The notes under the pieces: generated by a model
Seen by the model: only the letters and a program-made list of their open reading frames with translations
The model's database searches: none
Told to the model about the DNA's origin: nothing
Translations under genes and position numbers: made by a program
DNA from: an uncultured bacterium
Lineage (GTDB): Bacteria; Oederibacteriota; PGYV01; CAWJRG01
DNA: 64,000 nt
Direction: 5' to 3'
Assembly (NCBI GenBank): GCA_963845185.1
Contig: CAWJRG010000009.1
Coordinates: 936,315 to 1,000,314 of the forward strand
Shown here: one piece after another, positions 39,371 through 49,715 of the stretch
Numbering within the stretch: the stretch's first letter is position 1
Layout of the letters: each line of letters starts with the position of its first letter

Positions 39371-39465
39371 TTCTTAGTCCAATAATTTTATAACCTTTTC
39401 TTGCCAATTTCAAAATTCGTTTTTACATTCACAGTATCACCATTTCGTTAGATTAATTTTCCTAA

Positions 39466-40830
39466 TTATATTTTTATCCCGTATTCCTTTATCTTTCTCC
39501 ACAGCGTGGATCTGGATATTCCAAGCGCTTTTGCGACTCTTGCATAAGTCTTTCCGTATTTTTCAAAGGCGAGCATTATTGTCCGCTTTTCAACTTCCGG
39601 AAGCGCAAGTTCCCGGTCATAACCGTTTCCCGTTAAAACTTCCTCGTGCTCAGTCAACTCATGGTAAGGATGCACCTGGTGGACGTAAGCCGGCAAATCA
39701 TCAATTGTTATTGTATCGCCCTGGCTCATTATAAATGCGTGCTGTATTATGTTTTCAAGCTCTCTGATATTTCCAGGGTAATTATAATAAGCAAGCAGTG
39801 TTTTTGATTTTAAATCTATGCCGACAATATTTTTAGCGTAAATCTTGTTGTATTTTTCCATAAAAAATCTTATTAATAACGGTATATCTTCTTTCCTTTC
39901 ACGCAAAGGCAATATGTTAATATGTATAACATTAATCCTGAAAAATAGGTCCTCCCTGAATTTTTTTTCTTTTATGAGTTCCCGCAAATCCTTGTTTGTT
40001 GCCGCTATTATCCTTATATTTACCTTTTTCAGGTTTTCATCCCCGAGTTGCCTGAATTCCTTATATTCTATAACACGCAAAAGTTTTGCCTGTAGGCTTA
40101 AATCCAAATCGCCTATTTCGTCAAGAAATAACGTACCGTTATCTGACAATTCCATGAGGCCTTTTTTATCCGTTACAGCACCTGTAAAAGCGCCTTTTTT
40201 ATAGCCAAAGAGTTCGGATTCCAGAAGAGTTTCTGGTATTGCGGCGCAGTTGACTGTTATAAAAGGCTCGCTTGCCCTGTTGCTTGTTTCATATATTTCC
40301 CTGGCAAGGAGTTCTTTGCCTGTGCCGGTTTCTCCTGTTATAAGAATATTGCTGTCACCTTTCGCGACTTTCCTTGCTATGTTTATTATTTTCTTTATTT
40401 TTTCGCTTTTCCCGATAAATTTTGCACTAAAAAATTCCTCATTATCATATTTTTCCACAGTTGCCCGGCCGCCCGATACCGTTGCTTTTTCAATGATTAA
40501 TTTAAGTTCATTTAAGTTCGTAGGTTTGCTTAGATGCATAAACGCATCTTTTTTTGCAAGTGCTATCGCTTCGTTAATTTTTTCTTTTGACGCAATGATA
40601 ATAACCTGCATTCCCGGTTTTCTTTCTTTAATAAATTTGACAATATTAAGCTCAGACTTTTCAACTATATCTATATCAAGTATCAAAATTTCAAAATCTG
40701 ATGTAGTTATTTTTGATGTAAGAGAGGAAGAATCAACGGCAATATAAGGAAGGTAACCATTATCGTTAAGAAAGTTATTTGTCTTTATCGCCTCCTCTTT
40801 ATCTGTTAATGCTATTAGTACTTTTATCAT
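39466..40830 (-). CDS. sigma-54-dependent activator with atypical receiver domain
   Basis: GETGTGKE, NCAAIPE, GAFTGA, FLDEIG, YPGNIREL, LGISRSTLWRK; receiver begins VLIALTD instead of the acidic pair. Confidence 0.93.
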   Translation of the reverse strand: MIKVLIALTDKEEAIKTNNFLNDNGYLPYIAVDSSSLTSKITTSDFEILILDIDIVEKSELNIVKFIKERKPGMQVIIIASKEKINEAIALAKKDAFMHLSKPTNLNELKLIIEKATVSGGRATVEKYDNEEFFSAKFIGKSEKIKKIINIARKVAKGDSNILITGETGTGKELLAREIYETSNRASEPFITVNCAAIPETLLESELFGYKKGAFTGAVTDKKGLMELSDNGTLFLDEIGDLDLSLQAKLLRVIEYKEFRQLGDENLKKVNIRIIAATNKDLRELIKEKKFREDLFFRINVIHINILPLRERKEDIPLLIRFFMEKYNKIYAKNIVGIDLKSKTLLAYYNYPGNIRELENIIQHAFIMSQGDTITIDDLPAYVHQVHPYHELTEHEEVLTGNGYDRELALPEVEKRTIMLAFEKYGKTYARVAKALGISRSTLWRKIKEYGIKI

Positions 40831-43171
40831 TTTTTATATTCACCTGCTTTAACTGCCTGTATAATTGTGATCTTTGGTCTTCTTTTTGTCCAAAAAGCTT
40901 AAAACTTTCTTCTAAAACTGAAATTGCATCATTTATTCTGTCCATTTTATAGTAAATAAATGCAATATATAAGTAAATTTCAGGCGTTGGTGTTTCATTT
41001 TTGGACTTTTCGAAGTTTTCCAACGCTGTTGGTAAATTCCCTGTTTCAAAATAATACACTCCTATATTTCTGAATATTATAGCAGTTTTATACTTCTTTT
41101 CAATTAAAAAATTATATAGGAAAAAAGCATGTTTATAATCCTTCTTTTCTATGCTTTTATTAGCTTCCGCAAGTATCATCTCAAACTGCGTACTAATATC
41201 AATAGAATCTATTATTTTAATTGCTTCATTTATTTTTTCATTTCTGCTGCCTAATTTTAATGCTGTTTCAAACATTTCCCTTGCTTTAGGCAGATTTTTT
41301 ATATGATAGTAAATAAATCCGGCGGTCTCGTATGCCGGCAGGAAATCCCTCTGTTTTTCGATTGCCTTATCAAGGCATTCAAGTTCGCTGTCAACATCAC
41401 CCATGCCCCGGTAAGCCAAAGACATATTATAATAAATGCCATTCTCTGGTTTTTTAACATTAAAAGCCAATGCCTTTTTATAAAGGCCTATTGACTCATT
41501 ATACCTTTTCTCGCCAAGAAGGGCGTTTCCCTGGTTGACCATGCAGACTGGATACCATGTGATAAGGTCCGTGTTTCTCTTGTTCGCAAGGGACCTGTCG
41601 TTTACGCCCCTGTAAGAATATAACTGGTATATATAAGGCGGTATATATTCATCTTTCTTTAGGATTTTCAAAAGCAGCCCTTTCTGCTTTTGTACATACT
41701 TTAATTTTGCCGCGTCGATAATCGACGAATAGCTGCTCCTATAAATCGTATTTCTATCAATAAAATTATCGACTATGCTCGGCACACAAAAATTAAGGTC
41801 ATGGTCGCGAAGCGGAATATTTCCGTATTTTTTCACAAAATCGTCTATGCCCCACTTAAAAATCAAAAAAGTCAGGGTAACGAATTTTATATCTGCTGCC
41901 CTGCCCTGCACTGTCTGGATATAATAAAGCGGCATCAGATTGTAATCGCCCTCACCCAGGTAAACACTGCCTTTATCAAGCGTTTGCAGGATATTATTGC
42001 CGAAATCGTATGAAAGGTAATCATAGCGGCTGTTATTGCTGTAAAAATTTACATTTACTTCGCTGATTATTAACAACACAACAGCGGCTGCCATCAGATA
42101 TTTGATTATTTTTTTTCTGAACATTCCGTAGGTAAAAATTATTCCGCTTGAAATCGCCGGTAAAAGCGCAAATTCCGCCGGCATAAGAAATATGTCTATT
42201 ATCCATTTAATCTCTTCTTTTGTCCTGTTATAAAAAATCACCATTATTATTACTATGAAAAAAATGCCTGTATAAAAATAAAATATCCTTCTGGCTTTTT
42301 TGAAAATAATGTAAAATCCCGGCAGGGCAAAAATCCAAAGAAACAAAAAATTGGTGAAAAACAGCTTCAAGAATTCTTTAATCTGATAAATATATAAATG
42401 CAGGCTGGGTTCTACGGGTACTGTGTACCCTTTTCTCATTATAACCCATAATAAGTTCTGCAGGGAATCCGGATTGCCCATATTAAAAATCGGTTGTCCC
42501 GAAGCCCTCACAGGCAAATAAATATACGGGCTTATGCCCAAAAGAAAAAACACGAATGCCGACGTCATAACCTTAAAATTAAGCTTTTCAAAGTACTTTA
42601 TTAGAAAATAAATAAATACAGGCGCAAGTATTATCATGCTCGGCCAGTGGTTCGTCAGCGACAGTCCGTAAATATAGCTGATTAAATAAAGATGTTTGAT
42701 ATTATAATTGTAAAAAAATATGAGGCTTATATAAATAAGCGCTGAGAGCAGCAAAAGGTTAAGCATGTAAATGGCCCCTTTCGCTTCGATCGCCTGGTCC
42801 CAAAAAATCAAGGAAAACGCGAGTATAAACAACTCAATATACCCCGTACCGCTACCGCCATCCTTAAAAACAATAATTGTGTTTTGCCTTATAATAAAAT
42901 ATGTCATCAGCAGTATAAGCAGAGCCAGGAAAGCCGAGAAAAGGTTTACCCTGAATACCGGAGTGGCAAAAGGAAGCAAAGTAAACACTTTCGCTGCCAT
43001 GGTAAAAAGAGGGTAGCCAGGCGGATGGGCTATTGCAAGCGTGTAGGCGTCTGCCGCGGTTTCCGGCGAGTCGTCATTTTTAAAAACCGGCTGCATTGTG
43101 TAAAGATATACTTCCAATACAGCCAATAAAATCAGGGCTAATATTGCGTATTTTTTGAATTTATTCGGCAA
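40799..43171 (-). CDS. DUF2723 (TMEM260-like GT-C) membrane glycosyltransferase with C-terminal TPRs
   Basis: DDSPE...AIAHPPGYPLF, QAIEAK..Y, TNHW, YIYLPVRA motifs; multiple TMs; TPR tail. Confidence 0.85.
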   Translation of the reverse strand: MPNKFKKYAILALILLAVLEVYLYTMQPVFKNDDSPETAADAYTLAIAHPPGYPLFTMAAKVFTLLPFATPVFRVNLFSAFLALLILLMTYFIIRQNTIIVFKDGGSGTGYIELFILAFSLIFWDQAIEAKGAIYMLNLLLLSALIYISLIFFYNYNIKHLYLISYIYGLSLTNHWPSMIILAPVFIYFLIKYFEKLNFKVMTSAFVFFLLGISPYIYLPVRASGQPIFNMGNPDSLQNLLWVIMRKGYTVPVEPSLHLYIYQIKEFLKLFFTNFLFLWIFALPGFYIIFKKARRIFYFYTGIFFIVIIMVIFYNRTKEEIKWIIDIFLMPAEFALLPAISSGIIFTYGMFRKKIIKYLMAAAVVLLIISEVNVNFYSNNSRYDYLSYDFGNNILQTLDKGSVYLGEGDYNLMPLYYIQTVQGRAADIKFVTLTFLIFKWGIDDFVKKYGNIPLRDHDLNFCVPSIVDNFIDRNTIYRSSYSSIIDAAKLKYVQKQKGLLLKILKKDEYIPPYIYQLYSYRGVNDRSLANKRNTDLITWYPVCMVNQGNALLGEKRYNESIGLYKKALAFNVKKPENGIYYNMSLAYRGMGDVDSELECLDKAIEKQRDFLPAYETAGFIYYHIKNLPKAREMFETALKLGSRNEKINEAIKIIDSIDISTQFEMILAEANKSIEKKDYKHAFFLYNFLIEKKYKTAIIFRNIGVYYFETGNLPTALENFEKSKNETPTPEIYLYIAFIYYKMDRINDAISVLEESFKLFGQKEDQRSQLYRQLKQVNIKNDKSTNSINR

Positions 43172-43239
43172 TTTATTTCTCCTGCTTGCTTAATTTTTTA
43201 TTTACACTTCTGCTGTGAATCCCGGTTTTATTTATTATA

Positions 43240-45081
43240 CTATTTTGCATTTTTCTGCCCTTTCGCCATTTGATCCACTATTGAAAGCATTTTTTCAATC
43301 TCGGTGTTTGAACCGTTCAGTGCAAGAAAACTATTTAAAGCTTTTTCCGCAGCGTCAAAATCTTTTTTGGCCATATAAGCAGTTACTAGGTTTTTATACG
43401 CAGTATCGTAATGCGGAGCCGTAAACACCGCTATTTTTAGATATTTTACCGCGTCATCAAGGTTTCCAAGCTGTCCGCATAATGCGCCAAGCATATTATT
43501 TACTTCCGGGCAATAAGGGTTTATTTTTAAGTCCTGCCTGTAATAGTATTCCGCTTCTTTAAGGTCTCCCGTGTTCCTGTAAGCCTCTGCTAAATAATAA
43601 AACTGCCCTATGTCCATTTGCGGGCATAATTCGACAGGGTCAAGCTTTATGATTTTTTCATAACATCCTATTGCTTCCGCGTAGTTCTGTTTTTCCGCCA
43701 TGCTGTTTGCTTTTTTAAGATAATGATCCGATGCCAAGGTCTTTGCGTCCTGGAAGCAAAAATAGAATATTGTCAATGCCGCAATGAGCGCCGGCGCCTG
43801 TAATTTATTTTTTTCAATTAAAATCATTTTTTTATTATCTGTAAAAACATATAAAATATACATCAGCAGGAAAAACAGAAAAGTGGTCGCCGGAATATTG
43901 TAGAAAGTATTGAAAAAAGATGTGCCCAGTATGCTGGTTATCGCCGAAATTATCCCTAATGCCGGGATCGAAAATGCTTTTTTTCTTACAAATATATCCC
44001 ATCCGATTCTATAAAAAACCATAATTGCAAGTAAAAACATTCCCAGTCCAAGAAAGCCTGTTTCAGCGGCTATCAGGAGGTAATTTTGATGCGGCATCCA
44101 TGTTACCACGTAAGAGAATTCTTTATTTTGGGGGCTTGCCAGCACCAGACCCTGATAATATGGATAATACAGCCTGTAATTCCCTATGCCTTTGCCTATT
44201 ACAGGAGAATCTTTTATCATAAGCATGCTTGTTTCCCACATCAAGAGTCTGTGCACAAGTGATCTTTTTTTTAATGAATAAACACTGCTGACTTTTTTTA
44301 TAATAAAAGGGCTCGCTATGGCAGATAGAAAAACCAGGCATAAAAACCCAATTACTATTTTTTTTCTGTTTACTTTTATGACATCCTTCTTATAAATAAA
44401 AATAATTAAAATAAAAATAACCGTACCGCAAGCAAAACCTACATAAGCCCCGGCAACTTTCGTGTAATAAAAACAGAGCAAATTAATTAAAAGCGCCGTC
44501 CCGGAAAGCGGCCTGTATTGTTTTTCAAAAAGGAAATACGCTGCAAGGATAAAAATCGGAATCAAAAGTTCTGTGGCAAAAAAATCCGGATTTCCTATTG
44601 TTGATAGCGGCCTGCCTGCAAAATTAGTGTTCCACATGAAAACATCGGCATTAAAGTGTTGCATTATCCCGTAAAGCGCCATTATTGTATGTGAGAAAAT
44701 TATTAAAACGATAATCCTTTGTACATCTTCTTTATCGCAAATCGAATAACATAAATAAGCCCCGTATATTGCAAGAAAAAGTTCGATAAAATATTTAAAG
44801 CTTATTGTCTTGTTTATCGAAAAAAATATTGAAATAAAACATACGATAATATAACTTATCAGCGCTATATTTAGGGGGTTTTTCTTCAGCAATATCTTTC
44901 CCGAAATGTATCCTCTTATAAAAAACAAGAAAAACAAAAGCGGAATGAAAACCCTTAAAACCATAAGCTGCGTCGGGCCAAAAGGGTCAAATGATGGTTG
45001 CCACATGACAAGAGGTATTGCAAAGACTATGAAATTAATAAGGTTTTTTATCAGTAGTCTGGTTAATTTCGAATTAAACAT
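43240..45081 (-). CDS. O-antigen ligase / O-oligosaccharyltransferase-like (Wzy_C) protein with C-terminal TPRs
   Basis: STIGNPD, RLLMW...DSPVIGKGIGNY, PHQNYL..AAETG..G; about 12 TMs. Confidence 0.88.
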   Translation of the reverse strand: MFNSKLTRLLIKNLINFIVFAIPLVMWQPSFDPFGPTQLMVLRVFIPLLFFLFFIRGYISGKILLKKNPLNIALISYIIVCFISIFFSINKTISFKYFIELFLAIYGAYLCYSICDKEDVQRIIVLIIFSHTIMALYGIMQHFNADVFMWNTNFAGRPLSTIGNPDFFATELLIPIFILAAYFLFEKQYRPLSGTALLINLLCFYYTKVAGAYVGFACGTVIFILIIFIYKKDVIKVNRKKIVIGFLCLVFLSAIASPFIIKKVSSVYSLKKRSLVHRLLMWETSMLMIKDSPVIGKGIGNYRLYYPYYQGLVLASPQNKEFSYVVTWMPHQNYLLIAAETGFLGLGMFLLAIMVFYRIGWDIFVRKKAFSIPALGIISAITSILGTSFFNTFYNIPATTFLFFLLMYILYVFTDNKKMILIEKNKLQAPALIAALTIFYFCFQDAKTLASDHYLKKANSMAEKQNYAEAIGCYEKIIKLDPVELCPQMDIGQFYYLAEAYRNTGDLKEAEYYYRQDLKINPYCPEVNNMLGALCGQLGNLDDAVKYLKIAVFTAPHYDTAYKNLVTAYMAKKDFDAAEKALNSFLALNGSNTEIEKMLSIVDQMAKGQKNAK

Positions 45082-46073
45082 TATATGCCGTAATAATCGC
45101 CTTCAAATATCACAATACCCGCCGCGCCGATTGCGCCGGCCAATTCCCCTAGTTTCGCCGGTAAAATCCTGCAGGCATTAAAAGGCGCTGCAAAAGCTCT
45201 TTTTCTGGTTTCTTCCCTGAGCGGTTCAAAAAGTTTCTTGCCTGCATTTATTACCCCGCCTGCTATTACTATTATCTCCGGATTTAAAATATTCACAATA
45301 TCGGCTACTCCCGCGGCCAGGTATTTAATAAACCTCGCCCATACTTCTTCTGCAAGTTTATCCTTTTGGAGCAGGGCCTCGAAAACTGTCTTTGATGTTA
45401 TTTTATTTAAATCTCCCTTGAGCATTTCCGTAATTATGGAAGCTTTACCCTGCCTTATTTCTTCAACAGCTGTTTTTGCTATTCCGGTTGCTGACGCATA
45501 TGTCTCGAGGCAGCCGTTTGAGCCGCATCCGCATTTTCTGCCGTTTATTTCAACCGCGATATGGCCGAGTTCGCCGGCAGTGTATGTTATTCCCCTTAAA
45601 AGTTTTCCTCCAATCACAATTCCTCCGCCAACGCCGGTTCCCAGGGTAAATCCGACGACATTATCCGAATTCCTTGCGGCCCCTACCCATTTTTCGGCAA
45701 AGGTTGCGCAGTTCGCATCGTTTTCGACGCCTGTTTTTAATTTTAAATATTTTTCAAGCTCATCCTTTAATTTAATGTTTTTCCAGCCCGGCATATTGGG
45801 TGCGACAAGCACAATCCCTTTTTTGCTGTCAAGCGGGCCCGGAGCTCCTATCCCGACCCTGTATATATCCTTAACCGACATCCCTGCGTCTTTAATCAAG
45901 ATTTTTACATTATCGCTTATATTTTTAATGACAAAATCCGGCCCTTTGTCCGCTTGCGTTGTGAATCTTTTGTCGGCAATTACTTTTCCTGTTGTTGACA
46001 TTAAAACAGCAACAACATTTGTGCCTCCAAGGTCTATACCGGCTGCATATTTTTGTTTTGATGTTTTTGGCAT
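45081..46073 (-). CDS. ROK family sugar kinase (glucokinase-like)
   Basis: GIDLGGT, ENDAN, TLGTGVGGG, GELGH, CGCGSNGCLE. Confidence 0.95.
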   Translation of the reverse strand: MPKTSKQKYAAGIDLGGTNVVAVLMSTTGKVIADKRFTTQADKGPDFVIKNISDNVKILIKDAGMSVKDIYRVGIGAPGPLDSKKGIVLVAPNMPGWKNIKLKDELEKYLKLKTGVENDANCATFAEKWVGAARNSDNVVGFTLGTGVGGGIVIGGKLLRGITYTAGELGHIAVEINGRKCGCGSNGCLETYASATGIAKTAVEEIRQGKASIITEMLKGDLNKITSKTVFEALLQKDKLAEEVWARFIKYLAAGVADIVNILNPEIIVIAGGVINAGKKLFEPLREETRKRAFAAPFNACRILPAKLGELAGAIGAAGIVIFEGDYYGI

Positions 46074-46106
46074 TTAATCTCCTGTTAGAATGTAATCTAA
46101 ACTGCA

Positions 46107-46191
46107 TGGTGCGAGGAGCGGGACTTGAACCCGCACGGATTTCTCCACATGCCCCTCAAACATGCGTGTCTACCAATTCCACCATCCTCGC
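46107..46191 (-). tRNA. tRNA-Leu (anticodon GAG)
   Basis: GCGAGGA acceptor stem, D loop GAATTGGTAGA, anticodon arm CATGT-TTGAGGG-GCATG, long variable arm, GGTTCAAGTCC, encoded CCA. Confidence 0.97.
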
Positions 46192-46247
46192 AAGGTTATA
46201 TTCCCAAGTTCGATTGCTTTTTTAAAAAGGGCTCGGTATTTTCCAGT

Positions 46248-46646
46248 CTATTCTATAATACGGTATTTAACATGGCCTTCGTTGCTAATTATTATGTTAA
46301 AAAACGCTGTTATAATACTATAAAGTATGGCACCAATGACCGCGCCCCAAAAACTTGAGATTTCAAATCCTTTTACAATAAATGAAGCGAGGTAAAGCAT
46401 TGCGCCGTTGATTATGAAGGTGAATAAGCCGAAAGTTAACAAATTTAAGGGTAAAGTCAAAAGGAATATCATTGGTTTTATCAGCACATTTATTATGCCG
46501 AGAACCGCGCTTGTTGCGAAAAGTATTATTAGGCCATGCCAGCCTGGCATGGTTATTTCAAAACCTTTTATAGTTTTTACCACAATAAAAAGCGCTGCTG
46601 TGTTAATAACCCATCTTATAAGTAACGATTTCATTTTATAATTCAT
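46248..46646 (-). CDS. YvlD-like four-TM membrane protein (phage holin family 4 domain)
   Basis: LGIINVLIKP...LTLPLNLLTFGLF.FIING...GFEI.SFW.A. Confidence 0.88.
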   Translation of the reverse strand: MNYKMKSLLIRWVINTAALFIVVKTIKGFEITMPGWHGLIILFATSAVLGIINVLIKPMIFLLTLPLNLLTFGLFTFIINGAMLYLASFIVKGFEISSFWGAVIGAILYSIITAFFNIIISNEGHVKYRIIE

Positions 46647-47100
46647 CGTAACCAGAACCTTCTTTCACCAGCTTTTTGTCCGTATCTCTAAGCCTCTGTA
46701 CCAGTACTTTGATGAAAATTTCATTTAATTTGACGACAATCGAAGGATTATCCTTTTTAAAAGAATTATAATCGCTGTCGGCCAGTCTTATTACTTTTGT
46801 CGGTTTTATGGCTATAGCCGACGCTGACCGGGGAGCGGGTATAAGCATGGCCATTTCGCCGAAAAATTCTCCTGTCTTTAAATTCGCCAATATCTTATTT
46901 TCTGTTTTCTGTTTTTTTGTTATTTTGACAGCGCCGTCAGCTATTACATACATCGATTCGTCGCCTATTTGATTTTCCCTGAATATTTCGCCCTGTTCCG
47001 GATATTCTTCTATCAGCAGCCTTTGCGAAAGTATTTTTATTTCTTCCGGAGAAAAATTCTTAAAAACATCCAATTTTGAAATTATTTCAGTATCAACCAT
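46636..47100 (-). CDS. Stand-alone cyclic-nucleotide-binding domain protein
   Basis: GEFFGEMAM...PRSASA phosphate-binding cassette; no HTH. Confidence 0.92.
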   Translation of the reverse strand: MVDTEIISKLDVFKNFSPEEIKILSQRLLIEEYPEQGEIFRENQIGDESMYVIADGAVKITKKQKTENKILANLKTGEFFGEMAMLIPAPRSASAIAIKPTKVIRLADSDYNSFKKDNPSIVVKLNEIFIKVLVQRLRDTDKKLVKEGSGYDEL

Positions 47101-47101
47101 T

Positions 47102-47662
47102 TCAGCCTCCTGATTTGTTTTTTAATAAAAGTAGTATTGTTTCACCGTATTCTTTTTCTCTCAAAACTTCCCACTCCATTAAAGCTTCTCCGCAATCCTT
47201 TCTTTCCTTTCTGTGCAATTCAATCATTATTAAAGCGTTATTCAAATTATCATTTATCTTTAGTAATTTCAACAAGTTTTTTATATGCCCTTTATTATAC
47301 GGCGGGTCGGCAAAAATAATATCTGCTTTTATAGCTTTTCTTTTTAAAATATATATCGCTTGCCTGTAATCAGTCTGTATTATTTCGAATTTTTCCTTAT
47401 GTATTTTCAAACTACCAGCGTTTTTAAAGATAATATCCTTGTGATCTTTATCAATAAATATTATTTTTGCCGCTCCGTTGCTTAACGCTTCAAAACCCAA
47501 AGCCCCGGTACCCGAAAAAAAATCAAAACAGATCGTGTCTTCAATATAAGGCCTCATCATATTGAATATCGCGCTTCTTACTTTCGCAAGCGTCGGCCGT
47601 ACGTCTATCCCCCTTGGCGTGAAAAGGGGTATGCCTTTATATATTCCGCTTGTAATTTTCAT
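47102..47662 (-). CDS. rsmD: 16S rRNA m2G966 methyltransferase
   Basis: RPT...R.AIFN, DFFSGTGALGFEALS.GA, FADPPY. Confidence 0.93.
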   Translation of the reverse strand: MKITSGIYKGIPLFTPRGIDVRPTLAKVRSAIFNMMRPYIEDTICFDFFSGTGALGFEALSNGAAKIIFIDKDHKDIIFKNAGSLKIHKEKFEIIQTDYRQAIYILKRKAIKADIIFADPPYNKGHIKNLLKLLKINDNLNNALIMIELHRKERKDCGEALMEWEVLREKEYGETILLLLKNKSGG

Positions 47663-47864
47663 CCTTTTTTCCTTATTATTTTTTATCTTTCTGTATAACT
47701 TCGCTGATTATTCAAAATTAATAATACAATTGTAAAATTTGTTTTTTTATGAAAGCTATCCGGCTGGCTGGCTTATCTCCGGTTTGATTTTTCAAACTTA
47801 TGCAGAAATATAATCCTAATTTAATTTAAAATATTTACCGAATATTTCAATATTCAACAACAAA

Positions 47865-48218
47865 TTATTTCTTTTCCGACCCGGATTGGCATTTGATGCA
47901 GAGTTTTGAAAAAGGCAGGGCTTTCAGGCGTTCAATGCTGATAGGATGCCCGCATTTATCGCATTGGCCGTAAGTTCCCTCTTCAATTCTTTTTAATGCT
48001 TCTTCAATTTGCATTAATACCTGTTTGTTTTTCTCGGTTAAATCGTAATGAAGTTCCTTTTCATATATGTTTGTGGCTGTATCGGCAAAATCCTGCGCGT
48101 CATTCTGGTAATTATCCACGCTTTCCATATCCTCGGTATTATGCTTTAAAGTGCTTAATTTTTCTTTTTTCATATTAAACAACATCTCTTTTAATTCTTT
48201 TTGCCTGCTTTTTTCCAC
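47865..48218 (-). CDS. DksA/TraR family C4 zinc-finger protein
   Basis: DFADTA (DxxDxA), GTYGQCDKC...ERL.ALP...LCIKC; GTG start. Confidence 0.92.
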   Translation of the reverse strand: MEKSRQKELKEMLFNMKKEKLSTLKHNTEDMESVDNYQNDAQDFADTATNIYEKELHYDLTEKNKQVLMQIEEALKRIEEGTYGQCDKCGHPISIERLKALPFSKLCIKCQSGSEKK

Positions 48219-48295
48219 TAATACACCTCTGTAAATTTTTTATCAAATTGGAAATTAAAGATTTTCTTTTAAGAATTATATTTCAGGGTAACGCT

Positions 48296-48700
48296 TTATC
48301 TTGCGCTTCCGATTTTTTCTTTTTCCTCTAATTTGTTCTTAAAATTAGAAATATCTAAAGTGCCTCTTTTTAGTTCCATGGTGGTTTTATTAGTTGCTTC
48401 TAATTTTTCATTTAAAAACATAAACGCATCCCACGGGTCCACGTGCTCTCCGCATGTAAAAAGGTCTACCGCTGCATATCCGTATTCAGGCCATGTATGT
48501 ATGGCCAGATGCGATTCGGCAATAACCACTACACCGCTCACTCCATGGGGATTGAACTTGTGAAACACGTCTTCAACAACCGTGGCATTAGCGTGTTCTG
48601 CAGCACCTATCATTATATTTTGAATGAACTTTAAGTCATTTAATTTTTTTCTGTTGCATCCGTAAAACTCAACAAGTATATGTCTTCCTAGGTTTCTCAA
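48296..48700 (-). CDS. speD: S-adenosylmethionine decarboxylase proenzyme (class 1B)
   Basis: [20 protein letters not shown] with pyruvoyl cleavage site; DLFTCG. Confidence 0.9.
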   Translation of the reverse strand: MRNLGRHILVEFYGCNRKKLNDLKFIQNIMIGAAEHANATVVEDVFHKFNPHGVSGVVVIAESHLAIHTWPEYGYAAVDLFTCGEHVDPWDAFMFLNEKLEATNKTTMELKRGTLDISNFKNKLEEKEKIGSAR

Positions 48701-49022
48701 TTCTTTCTCACCCCCGTCTCTGTAATTTTTATTGAGTTTTTCAAGAACCGCGTATATTAAAAATTTTTCTTTGCTCGGCCTCTTATTTTATTTCCTGTTT
48801 CCTAAAAAATTTTAACTTCTTTTGTGTGTAAATATATACTCTCGAAAACAATTTGTCAAGTTTTTTTTAAAAAATATTGATTAAATTTAAAAAAATAATA
48901 TTATTTTTATTGACAAAAAATTATTTGGCTTGTTTTTATTCATTGCTATTTTAAATTAGTCTTTAATTTTTCTAAATTTATATTATAATTAGTGGCAACA
49001 GATTCTATTATTCGGAGGCCAA

Positions 49023-49682
49023 ATGATCTCAAATAAGAATATTGATAATATAGTATATATAGTTAAAAAAACAGTTCAAAAATATGAAGAGCCTGTTCTG
49101 GAAAAATTTAACCGTTTGACTAAAAATCCTTACTGGGTTTTAATAAGCTGTATATTGAGTTTAAGGACAAAAGACGAAACTACCGATCGAGTTGTAAAAA
49201 ATTTATATGCAACCGCTAAAACCCCGCAGGATGTTTTAAAAATTCCTTTTAAAAAACTCGAAAAAATTTTATATCCTACCGGTTTTTATCATGTAAAAAC
49301 AAAAAATGTCATGAACATAACCCGTATCATTCTGGTCAAGTACAAAGGCAAAGTCCCCGACGAACTTGATGAATTATTAACGATTCCCGGGGTAGGCAGA
49401 AAAACCGCAAATCTTGTTTTAACTGTTGCTTTTAACAAACCGGGCATATGCGTTGATACCCACGTTCATAAAATTTTCAACCGCTGGGGATATGTAAAAA
49501 CAAAAAATCCAGAAAAAACCGAGTTCAGGCTGAGGGATATCCTGCCAAAAAAATACTGGATTAAGATTAATGAATATCTGGTTCTTTTCGGCCAGCATAT
49601 CTGCCTGTCGGTATCCCCCCTGTGTACCGCTTGCCCCATAAAAAAATATTGCCCTAGAATAGGCGTAAAAAGGCACAGATAA
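49023..49682 (+). CDS. nth: Endonuclease III
   Basis: HhH LTIPGVGRKTA, VDTHV, C-X6-C-X2-C-X5-C 4Fe-4S motif. Confidence 0.93.
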   Translation: MISNKNIDNIVYIVKKTVQKYEEPVLEKFNRLTKNPYWVLISCILSLRTKDETTDRVVKNLYATAKTPQDVLKIPFKKLEKILYPTGFYHVKTKNVMNITRIILVKYKGKVPDELDELLTIPGVGRKTANLVLTVAFNKPGICVDTHVHKIFNRWGYVKTKNPEKTEFRLRDILPKKYWIKINEYLVLFGQHICLSVSPLCTACPIKKYCPRIGVKRHR

Positions 49683-49715
49683 TATCAATTTGGCTTTCGG
49701 CATTAAACCCCGAAC

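Noticed and set aside
46107..46191. tRNA-Leu as an integration site
   Set aside because: No duplicated tRNA 3' end or integrase; the 11-bp TGCGAGGAGCG match to the MITE palindrome is too short to be meaningful.
12897..46646. Prophage suggested by the excisionase-like HTH and holin-family genes
   Set aside because: No integrase, terminase, capsid or tail genes; both families are common among chromosomal genes and lie 33 kb apart amid housekeeping loci.
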